In this document: one piece after another, positions 48,255-55,995 of the stretch
Numbering within the stretch: position 1 is the first letter of the stretch
Layout: every line of letters begins with the position of its first letter
Source: a virus
Taxonomy: Duplodnaviria > Heunggongvirae > Uroviricota > Caudoviricetes
DNA length: 64,000 bases
IMG/VR virus record: IMGVR_UViG_3300028833_000001
Span: 191,171 to 255,170 of that record
Strand: one strand, 5' to 3'
Made by a program: the position numbers and the translations under genes
Notes under the pieces: model-generated
Told to the model about the DNA's origin: nothing
Database searches by the model: none
Seen by the model: the letters and a program-made list of their open reading frames with translations, nothing else

Positions 48255-49136
48255 ATGAAAAAAAAGGTATTAGTAACAGGGGCTAATGGATTATTAGGGT
48301 CGGCCATAAAAAAAATTGTTGAACAAACAAATATTTCAGACTCTTATGTGTTTTTCGATAGGTTTTTGCTTGATATTACAAATCGCAACCAAGCAATAGG
48401 CATAATAAAAGCGGTAAAACCAGATTATGTTATAAATTGCGCCGCTTATACTAACGTAAATATTGCTGAGAATAACGAAAATGAAGCCTACTCGATAAAT
48501 GTTGATGGCGCCGATATTATTGCATATGCCACATGGCTTGTCGGTGGGAAAATGATACACATATCCACTGATTATGTTTTTGACGGAGAAAAAAACGAAT
48601 CATATACAGTCATAGATAAAACAAATCCGATAAATTATTATGGAGAAACTAAAAGAAATGGTGAAATTTCAGCTTTATGTTATCCAAACACAATAATAAT
48701 CAGAACTTCGTGGCTTTATTCTGATACACATGATTGTTTTTTTACAAAAGTTTTACGAAAAATTAAAAATGGAGAGGAAATGGAAGTTGTTAACGATGAA
48801 TTCGGACAACCTACAAATGCTTATGATTTAGCAGAATTTATTGTTAAAACAATAAATAATGGTGGGTTTGATGATAAAAATGGAATTTTTCATTATTCAA
48901 ATTACGGTAAAACAAGTTGGTTTAATTTTGCAAAAAAAATAGAGGAGTTCTATAATAATACAGTATCTGAGAAAACGTCATTAATAAAACCTTGTAGTAT
49001 GGATGAATATGATTCACCAGTTAAAAGACCTAAAAATAGTACATTAGACCTATTATTAACAGAATACGTTTTTGGCATAAGAATGAAGTTATGGGAAACT
49101 TCATTAAGTAGTTATTTCGTCAAAAATAAACAATGA
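48255..49136 (+). CDS. rmlD: dTDP-4-dehydrorhamnose reductase
   Basis: VLVTGANGLLG, KPDYVINCAAYTNV, HISTDYVFDG, YGETK, IIRTSWLYS, RP.NSTL. Confidence 0.92.
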   Translation: MKKKVLVTGANGLLGSAIKKIVEQTNISDSYVFFDRFLLDITNRNQAIGIIKAVKPDYVINCAAYTNVNIAENNENEAYSINVDGADIIAYATWLVGGKMIHISTDYVFDGEKNESYTVIDKTNPINYYGETKRNGEISALCYPNTIIIRTSWLYSDTHDCFFTKVLRKIKNGEEMEVVNDEFGQPTNAYDLAEFIVKTINNGGFDDKNGIFHYSNYGKTSWFNFAKKIEEFYNNTVSEKTSLIKPCSMDEYDSPVKRPKNSTLDLLLTEYVFGIRMKLWETSLSSYFVKNKQ

Positions 49137-49142
49137 CAAATA

Positions 49143-49151
49143 ACTATTTAT
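49143..49151 (+). promoter_or_regulatory. Putative late promoter ACTATTTAT
   Basis: Core 26 nt before ATG 49170. Confidence 0.6.
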
Positions 49152-49169
49152 GTTAAAGTTATTTATAAT

Positions 49170-51626
49170 ATGATGAAATTCAAAATAAACGAGTCTAAAA
49201 GGGATGATTTATTATTAAGATACATGGAGTTGCTTAATAATAATGGAATAAATGTTAATATTGGGCAAGTTAAAAGTAAATTATTAAATAAATTTGTTGT
49301 TGAAGGTAACTTTCATAATTTATCTCTTAGGTCAAATTATTATTTAGCTGGTGTAGCAAGATATTATTTTGATGGTTCATTGACAAAAAACAAAGATTTG
49401 TCATTATTAAAACCAGAAAGCTGGCAAGGTCAAGATATTCAGGATATATGGGATGATGTTACTTGTAAGAAATTGGATGCATTAATTAATGTGTTAAGAA
49501 ACGCATATATTGATACTATTGGTACGAATATGCTTGAGCCAGAAGATTTTGGTGAACTTCCTCTTAAAGATTTGCTAAAAAAATACAATAAAGAAATTAG
49601 AAAAGAACTTGGCGTTGTAACTAAGAAAAAAAGTACAGAGTCAGAAATAGATACAAATGAGAACGTAGGAAATGGATATACATTTGAGATAATGTATTCG
49701 CAGGCAGATTGCCAGAAATACGAAAGGCCTACTGCTCCTGGTTCGTGGTGCATTACATATGGACAGTGTCACTATGATGTGTATGTTAATAGGCTAAACA
49801 TACATTATGTGATTTTTAAACGAAATGGTTGGGAAAATATAGAGCGCCCAAAAAACCCTCTATCAGAACCTGGCTTCACTCCAGAAAAACCGCATGATGC
49901 TTATGGAAACTCATTGATAGCGATGTTACAAAGCAACACAAGTCCAGAACCAGTTTTTATAACGTCAAGGTGGAATCATGGATATGAAGTACGTTGTGAG
50001 GCCGACCATGCATATACAAAAAAAGAATTTCAGCAAATAACTGGAGTTACAGATGACGATTTGAAAAGGATTTATAATATTTGGAATGTTTTTAAAACCA
50101 AAAAAAAATCAAATTCTATTGATAAAAAGGAAGAAAATTTTATAAATAGGTCTTTAAAATATTTACAAATGAGAATAAATTCTGGAGAAAATCCAGGACA
50201 ATTATTCAATCATATGTCTCACATATTTGGTAATCAAAAAATGAACAAAGGTACGTTTATATGTAGCGCTAAATTAAGTGAGACTACTATGGCCGCAAAT
50301 GAAAGACTTGTTTATTTTATATTTGATAATGGTAAAATTATTTTTGATACTGCTTGTATTGATTCATCTTCTTTTACTACTATTAAAGATTTACTTGTTA
50401 TTATTAAAAAAAACGATAGCAAACATTTAATGTATTCTTTACAACATCATAAATTATTGTCTATTAATGGTACAAACGTGTTTAGAAGGATACCAGATTT
50501 CGATAAAACTGGATATAATGTAGGTATTTATTTTGAAGTAAAACAAGGTTATAACGATGTAGCTCTTTTTAATGGAAAAACTATGGAACCATTACAATTG
50601 CCAAATGGAGAATATTGGTTCAACAAAGTTAAGTGTAACACCGAATCACGTTATGAACGCGGAAATCAAATAACTTGTAATATTTACACACCTACAAAAT
50701 CGACATGTTTTACCATATATTATGATATATCGAGTAGTGAAACGTATTTTTATAATACTGAAACAAGAAATTTTTTTGAACCAAAGATGCCAAATGAGAT
50801 TAAGTTTATATCTTACGACTATGGCACACACTCTCAATATATTGAAACGTATCCAAGCGATGGGCTTGAACCATTTTTAGATAATACATATTATTCTCGT
50901 TTGTATGATGACATGAATGCATCTGTGATAGGTATCAGGTATGGAAAACGACGTGTTTATCAAACAGGAGCTAAAATTAATGTTTATTATGGCAACGAAT
51001 CGGCAGTGCAATATTTAGTAAATGGCAAACTATTGTATATAGATGGAGAATGTTGGTTTAAAAAATTAGAATTGAACGAAACTGGGTTTAATATATTATA
51101 TTTGTTAAACGGAAAAAAAATATTAATGAACCAAAATATAACAAAATATTTAAATGTTAAAGAGTTAGATAATAATTATGATTTTAATATAATTAGAGGA
51201 GTTATTGGGAAAGGTGGGTCTAATTTGTTTATGTTTACTGGCACTAAAAATAATAGTGAAAAATCGATGCTATATAATGTTGATTCAAATGAATTTTTAC
51301 TTTCTCCCAAGTCAGACAGTATACTTTTCAATGGTGTAAATTGTTATGTATCAAGATATGACCCAGAAGCAAAAAAGGTTAGAGGATTTGGCTTTAGATT
51401 TTCTAATAAGAGAGAGGTCCCAACGTCGTGGTGGAGTTTTGGGGATGTAGATGGAGATGGATTAATAATGTCGTTTGATGATTTAAACGTATTATGTGAG
51501 AAAAAAAGTGGTGAATGGACAAGCATAAGCAACGATAACAATACGATTCCATTAAATAGATTAGACGTTGAAAAAATGGTCAACGAATCATTAAAAAGAG
51601 TATTAAAAAGAATAATAAGCGCATAG
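49170..51626 (+). CDS. Large hypothetical protein, probably head-packaged
   Basis: 818 aa. INES at the N-terminus, VEKMVNESLKRVLKRI at the C-terminus, SWCIT and SRWNH motifs, repeated NGEYWF/DGECWF beta elements. Confidence 0.75.
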   Translation: MMKFKINESKRDDLLLRYMELLNNNGINVNIGQVKSKLLNKFVVEGNFHNLSLRSNYYLAGVARYYFDGSLTKNKDLSLLKPESWQGQDIQDIWDDVTCKKLDALINVLRNAYIDTIGTNMLEPEDFGELPLKDLLKKYNKEIRKELGVVTKKKSTESEIDTNENVGNGYTFEIMYSQADCQKYERPTAPGSWCITYGQCHYDVYVNRLNIHYVIFKRNGWENIERPKNPLSEPGFTPEKPHDAYGNSLIAMLQSNTSPEPVFITSRWNHGYEVRCEADHAYTKKEFQQITGVTDDDLKRIYNIWNVFKTKKKSNSIDKKEENFINRSLKYLQMRINSGENPGQLFNHMSHIFGNQKMNKGTFICSAKLSETTMAANERLVYFIFDNGKIIFDTACIDSSSFTTIKDLLVIIKKNDSKHLMYSLQHHKLLSINGTNVFRRIPDFDKTGYNVGIYFEVKQGYNDVALFNGKTMEPLQLPNGEYWFNKVKCNTESRYERGNQITCNIYTPTKSTCFTIYYDISSSETYFYNTETRNFFEPKMPNEIKFISYDYGTHSQYIETYPSDGLEPFLDNTYYSRLYDDMNASVIGIRYGKRRVYQTGAKINVYYGNESAVQYLVNGKLLYIDGECWFKKLELNETGFNILYLLNGKKILMNQNITKYLNVKELDNNYDFNIIRGVIGKGGSNLFMFTGTKNNSEKSMLYNVDSNEFLLSPKSDSILFNGVNCYVSRYDPEAKKVRGFGFRFSNKREVPTSWWSFGDVDGDGLIMSFDDLNVLCEKKSGEWTSISNDNNTIPLNRLDVEKMVNESLKRVLKRIISA

Positions 51627-51640
51627 GCGCTTATTTTTTT
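51614..51640 (+). terminator. Terminator overlapping the stop of 49170..51626
   Basis: AATAAGCGC-ATAG-GCGCTTATT plus T run. Confidence 0.75.
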
Positions 51641-51689
51641 AACCATATATATAGTTAAGAAAAACAATTTTAAAAGCCATTTTTAAAAT

Positions 51690-51722
51690 AAAAAAAAATC
51701 ACCGTCATTTCTGGCGGTGATT
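51690..51722 (-). terminator. Terminator after the tail tube gene
   Basis: Minus strand ATCACCGCCA-GAAA-TGACGGTGAT plus T run. Confidence 0.8.
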
Positions 51723-51746
51723 ATGTTTTTATACAGAAGCGAAAAA

Positions 51747-52235
51747 TTAGTAGCACAAAATGCAATAATCTGGCCTCAAAGTAGCACTGATTGTTGCTAT
51801 ATCATCCTGACTATAAGATAAATCGCCGAATTCAACATTCGTAAGGAAGCACCCGACTAAAATCCATTTTTGTACAACTGCACCAGTCGGGTCAAGCATT
51901 TCAAGCTCAACATCGCGTTTATAACCAGCTGCATAACCTTGACGACCAGTAACTGTTTCTGAGCCTAAACGAACCCATTCCATGACGGCTTGCGATGTTG
52001 ATGGTCCAATTGGGTCTCTGAAAGTAATTTGCATTTCTTGCCAAGTATAACGACCAAGAACCCATGTTGAAGTGTTCAAAAATTGTATTTCAGTGGCGGT
52101 TTGATTAATAGAAGGACGTTTACCACTCTCAACGGTCCATTCTTGAATACCTAAATCTGAAGGAAAACGGAATAAAAACCTATTTTTCCTTAATGGTTCG
52201 TAGGTATTCGGCATCTTTAATAGTAAGTCGCTCAT
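51747..52235 (-). CDS. Tail tube protein (T4 gp19-like)
   Basis: YEPLRKNRF, YKRDVELEMLDPTGAVVQKW.L.GCF, FGDLSY, LRPDYC. Confidence 0.9.
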   Translation of the reverse strand: MSDLLLKMPNTYEPLRKNRFLFRFPSDLGIQEWTVESGKRPSINQTATEIQFLNTSTWVLGRYTWQEMQITFRDPIGPSTSQAVMEWVRLGSETVTGRQGYAAGYKRDVELEMLDPTGAVVQKWILVGCFLTNVEFGDLSYSQDDIATISATLRPDYCILCY

Positions 52236-52303
52236 TATTATAAGTGTTATATTTAATTATTATTTTTATCGATAAAAAAATTACTTAAAACTTCATTTTT
52301 TTT

Positions 52304-52312
52304 ATAAATAGT
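52304..52312 (-). promoter_or_regulatory. Putative late promoter ACTATTTAT (tail tube)
   Basis: ATAAATAGT on the plus strand, about 70 nt upstream of the tube start. Confidence 0.55.
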
Positions 52313-52388
52313 TTTATTGTAATTTTTAGAAATAATGAAATTAAATAAAAAAAAAGCGCCAATAAATCGGCGCGTTTATTTTTTTTAA

Positions 52389-52754
52389 TTAAAAATTATT
52401 TGGCTTGTTAATTTCATTTTGTTTTTGGTTTTGTTGTTCTGGCTTCTTGTCGCATATTTGCCATATTTTTTTTAATAGTTGATATTGTTCATCATCTGGA
52501 TTATCTGAAAGTTGAGCCATACCCTTTAATGATTGTTTTCTAATATCATCAACGAATTTGGCGACATCCATAACTTCTGGTTCTGAAGGTTTTGATTGTT
52601 CCATATCATCTTCTGGTTCAGTTAAATCCATGTCATCATATTCATCATTTTCCATATCACCACCTTCAAATTGAATAGCTTCGTTAATAGTTTTTGGAAA
52701 CTTTTTGGCTATTCTTTGTATTTTTTGTAAATTAGACATTTCCTTCTTTTTCAT
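52389..52754 (-). CDS. Hypothetical acidic protein
   Basis: 121 aa with TINEA site; own late motif and a GCGCC/GGCGC hairpin near 52356-52375. Confidence 0.75.
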   Translation of the reverse strand: MKKKEMSNLQKIQRIAKKFPKTINEAIQFEGGDMENDEYDDMDLTEPEDDMEQSKPSEPEVMDVAKFVDDIRKQSLKGMAQLSDNPDDEQYQLLKKIWQICDKKPEQQNQKQNEINKPNNF

Positions 52755-52769
52755 GTTTCAATTTTTTTT

Positions 52770-52778
52770 ATAAATAGT
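52770..52778 (-). promoter_or_regulatory. Putative late promoter ACTATTTAT
   Basis: ATAAATAGT on the plus strand, 16-24 nt upstream of 52754. Confidence 0.6.
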
Positions 52779-52797
52779 TTAAAACTTAAAATAAATA

Positions 52798-52826
52798 TTG
52801 ACTAAAACTCGTAAAATAAGTATTTT
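52798..52826 (+). promoter_or_regulatory. Sigma70-like promoter TTGACT-N17-TATTTT
   Basis: Read directly, upstream of ATG 52843. Confidence 0.6.
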
Positions 52827-52842
52827 AATAAAAAAATAAAAA

Positions 52843-53166
52843 ATGTCTTGTGTTTATTTATTGGGTGATAAGGATAAGAATGGTGTTTATAAAGTTGGTG
52901 CTACACGAGGGCCAATTGATAAAAGAATAAAAAGTCTTCAAACGGGTAATAGTGGTAATATATATTTAGTAGTGTCACACGAAACAAAACATCCATTTAT
53001 AGTTGAATCAATGTTACATAAGAGATATGAGCAAAAACAAGTATTAAATGAATGGTTTTCATTAACAGAATCTGACGTTAATGATTTTTTAACAGAGTGT
53101 GATAAAATAGAAGAAGTTTTAAAATCGTTACAAAGTAACTATTTTTTTCAGAAAAAATTGTCATAA
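52843..53166 (+). CDS. GIY-YIG-superfamily nuclease (T5orf172/MUG113-like)
   Basis: VYLL...YKVGAT...KRIKSLQTGN...E..LH..Y......EWF.L. Confidence 0.8.
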   Translation: MSCVYLLGDKDKNGVYKVGATRGPIDKRIKSLQTGNSGNIYLVVSHETKHPFIVESMLHKRYEQKQVLNEWFSLTESDVNDFLTECDKIEEVLKSLQSNYFFQKKLS

Positions 53167-53186
53167 TAGTTATATAAAACAAATTT

Positions 53187-53891
53187 ATGGAGAACGAAAA
53201 TACAAAAAAGGAAAAATTAATTGAGTCAGCTACTCAGATGTATAAACGTACAATTGAAGAGATGACAAAAAACATGTCTGAAGCAATAAATAGAGATGGT
53301 ACGCATCTATTCACCGAAGAGGATATTAAAAAAAGAATAAATGATGTGCGCGAATCATTCTATGCGTACATATCAGATATGTATGGTTATTTATCTAATA
53401 GAGAATCTTTTGATAAAAATTCTTATGACATAAATTCGTTAAATGAGGATTTTAAAAATATTAGCAATGACGCTTTTGTGTTTACTGAAGACATGAGAAA
53501 AAACGCAGATAAATTTACAAAATCAAGTAATTTCATAGTGTCATTTGGTGACATACCACAAATACAGATAAGGTCAATTCAACGTAATAATAAAGAATTG
53601 TTTGTTATATGTTGCGAAAGTGAAGATTTTTGTGTTGAAGACTATGTTAGAACCATAAAACATTCAAACAAAAACGGAAAATTTGACATTACAATAACAT
53701 ATCTCGGAAATGATTTAAAACCTTATAGAATTGATAGCTTTAAATCGTGTAAGATTAAACAAATAACGCCAAGTATATTAAATCAAGTACAATCAAGTGA
53801 AAGTTTGAATAAAGTTAATATGTTAATTAAATTTAAAAAACATGATATCGCAACCAACGAAGGGCAAAACAATAAAAAAAACAACAAATAA
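53187..53891 (+). CDS. Hypothetical protein: N-domain shared with 54338..55648, C-domain weakly tail-tube-like
   Basis: See findings; NFIVSF...DITITYL...SCKI resembles tube-fold strands. Confidence 0.6.
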   Translation: MENENTKKEKLIESATQMYKRTIEEMTKNMSEAINRDGTHLFTEEDIKKRINDVRESFYAYISDMYGYLSNRESFDKNSYDINSLNEDFKNISNDAFVFTEDMRKNADKFTKSSNFIVSFGDIPQIQIRSIQRNNKELFVICCESEDFCVEDYVRTIKHSNKNGKFDITITYLGNDLKPYRIDSFKSCKIKQITPSILNQVQSSESLNKVNMLIKFKKHDIATNEGQNNKKNNK

Positions 53892-54336
53892 AGCGACAAA
53901 AAAACGAAAACCAACTAAAACGACTGGTAAAAGTAGAAAGCACCCAAAATACGGAACATCTAAACTCGAAGAAAGGTTCGCAAAAAATTTTTTAGATAAA
54001 TTAGGTGTAAATTACATAAAACAGTTTGAAGCTAAGGATATAAAGAGGTTTTATGATTTTTATTTACCAGACCAAAGGGTTTTAATTGAGGTTGATGGTG
54101 ATTACTATCACTCATATGGAAAGGTTTACGAGGAAATGTCACCAATGCAAAAGAGAAACGCAAGAGTTGACAAATTAAAAAATACGTGGGCATTAATGCA
54201 TGGAATACCAATAATGAGAATTTGGGAACATGACATCAATAATAACCCAGAAAAAGTTATGAAACTACTTAAAGAAACATTAGGAGTATCAACAAAGAAA
54301 AAAATAATTTTAGATAATAAAAAGAAACGCCATTAA
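53842..54336 (+). CDS. Vsr/DUF559-like PD-(D/E)XK endonuclease with basic N-terminus
   Basis: TSKLEERF, YDFYLP, LIEVDGDYYH, D..K...A..HG...RIWEHDI. Confidence 0.8.
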   Translation: MISQPTKGKTIKKTTNKATKKRKPTKTTGKSRKHPKYGTSKLEERFAKNFLDKLGVNYIKQFEAKDIKRFYDFYLPDQRVLIEVDGDYYHSYGKVYEEMSPMQKRNARVDKLKNTWALMHGIPIMRIWEHDINNNPEKVMKLLKETLGVSTKKKIILDNKKKRH

Positions 54337-54337
54337 T

Positions 54338-55648
54338 ATGAATAAAATAGAAGAACAAGAACAAGAAAACGTTGAAAAAGTTTTAAACCAATTAAAAACA
54401 TCATATAAGATGTATGAAATAACAAAAAAACAGACGGAAAAAAAATTGAAAGATGCAATAAACAACGACGGTACAAAAAAATACACGAAAGAAGATATTA
54501 AAAGGGAAATTGATTTAATCAAAGAAGCACAGGCTGGTGTTCTTGAACAATATAAAATGTATGGCGGTGATGAAAATGCCATATTAAAAAAGAGTTCAAA
54601 ACAACAAACAAAAGAAAAAAATGTTCCAACGGTAGAAAAAACTGTGAAAGATATGATGGACAATATGGAAAAAGACAGGAAAGAAATAATTGAGAAATCA
54701 ATATCAGCCACATCAACAAAACTTGAACAGGAATATATTCCAGCAAGTGGAACATATACTCCAGATGCCGCTTTTGATGTAATACCTTTACCATCAAAGG
54801 GTGAAGGTTATAAAGACAAAATAGCTAAGGTTTCTGTTGCTTATTTAACAGCGTGGGATGAAAATGTTATAGTTTCGCCTAATCTGTATCGTGATAATTT
54901 GATTTTGGATTATATACTTGATAAAAAGTTGTTGTCAAAAGAAATTGACCCGTTGGACCTACTTGAAGGCGATAGGGATGCTATTATATTGTTTTTAAGG
55001 GCTAGTGGATATGGAAATGAATATCCTATTACAGCAACAGACGAAAAAACTGGAAAGGAATTCGACACAACAATTGATTTGTCTCAACTAAAATATAAAA
55101 AATTTGATTTAAAGGGAGATTCAAACGGTTGGTTTTCATTTACTTTGCCTGTGTCTAAAAAAGAAGTCAAATTTAGATTTCCAACACATAGGGATATAAT
55201 GACTCTTGACCTTATGGAAAAAAATGAAGATAGACAAAAGAAAAAGGGAACAATAGAAAGATATACTAAAGTTTTGGATGAATTTATAGAGTCAGATGAC
55301 AAAACAGATGATACCGAAAAGGTAAAAATAAGAAAGGCTATTAGAACCTTAGAACAGTGGGGTGACGGAATGGAAGATGAAAACGACACAATAATCACGC
55401 ACGCTTTAACAAATAAATTAAATCAACTTGTAATGGCTGTTGATGGCATTACAGACAAGAATTATATCAGTGATTTTATAATGAAAATGAATGTTAGAGA
55501 TTCGAGCGCACTTAGAAAATATATGACTAATAACGAACCAGGAATAGATTATAATATAACTGTTACTCGTCCTGAGAGTCTTGGGGGTGGCTCATTTAAT
55601 ACCTTTCTGCAACTTGACCAATTTCTATTTCTTAATATCGCCGACTGA
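54338..55648 (+). CDS. Baseplate hub/tail assembly chaperone (T4 gp26-like)
   Basis: FDVIPLPSKG..Y, YLTAWDENVI, LL.GDRDAI..FLR...YG, RDS..LRKY....PGID. Confidence 0.8.
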   Translation: MNKIEEQEQENVEKVLNQLKTSYKMYEITKKQTEKKLKDAINNDGTKKYTKEDIKREIDLIKEAQAGVLEQYKMYGGDENAILKKSSKQQTKEKNVPTVEKTVKDMMDNMEKDRKEIIEKSISATSTKLEQEYIPASGTYTPDAAFDVIPLPSKGEGYKDKIAKVSVAYLTAWDENVIVSPNLYRDNLILDYILDKKLLSKEIDPLDLLEGDRDAIILFLRASGYGNEYPITATDEKTGKEFDTTIDLSQLKYKKFDLKGDSNGWFSFTLPVSKKEVKFRFPTHRDIMTLDLMEKNEDRQKKKGTIERYTKVLDEFIESDDKTDDTEKVKIRKAIRTLEQWGDGMEDENDTIITHALTNKLNQLVMAVDGITDKNYISDFIMKMNVRDSSALRKYMTNNEPGIDYNITVTRPESLGGGSFNTFLQLDQFLFLNIAD

Positions 55649-55895
55649 TTATGAACGAAATTTAACAGACGAGAAGTGGGGTTGTTTTAAACATATCGGA
55701 ATGGATTACAATATGTATATGAGTATGCCAATCCAAGAAAGGAGAGCGTTTATACATAAACATAATCAAGAACAGGAGATGCTTGAGAGACGATATGAAA
55801 ATAACAACGCTGGTGATAGCAGAAGATACGAAGGCGAGTCAATAAATATATTTGCTAGAATGGAACAAGCAAATGGAAGATTTGGACAAAAATAA
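55581..55895 (+). CDS. gp51-like chaperone C-terminal ORF, possibly reached by frameshift from 54338..55648
   Basis: MSMPIQERRAFI pattern. Track start is TTG; the first in-frame ATG is at 55701. Confidence 0.6.
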   Translation: MGVAHLIPFCNLTNFYFLISPTDYERNLTDEKWGCFKHIGMDYNMYMSMPIQERRAFIHKHNQEQEMLERRYENNNAGDSRRYEGESINIFARMEQANGRFGQK

Positions 55896-55906
55896 AAAAA
55901 AATATT

Positions 55907-55932
55907 GGGAACCGCTTAAGGTTCCCTTTTTT
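55907..55932 (+). terminator. Terminator before the tape measure gene
   Basis: GGGAACC-GCTTAA-GGTTCCC-TTTTTT. Confidence 0.88.
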
Positions 55933-55948
55933 AATATTTTAGGTTAAC

Positions 55949-55956
55949 CTATTTAT
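55949..55956 (+). promoter_or_regulatory. Putative late promoter CTATTTAT
   Basis: 47 nt before ATG 55996, just after a terminator. Confidence 0.6.
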
Positions 55957-55995
55957 TGTTAAAATAACAATATTAGGTTATTAGTGATTTGATAT

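Noticed and set aside
54310-54711. 133-aa antisense ORF, and the many other 60-130 aa nested ORFs in the track
   Set aside because: Fully overlap well-supported genes and have Phe/Ile/Ser shadow composition expected from A-rich coding strands.
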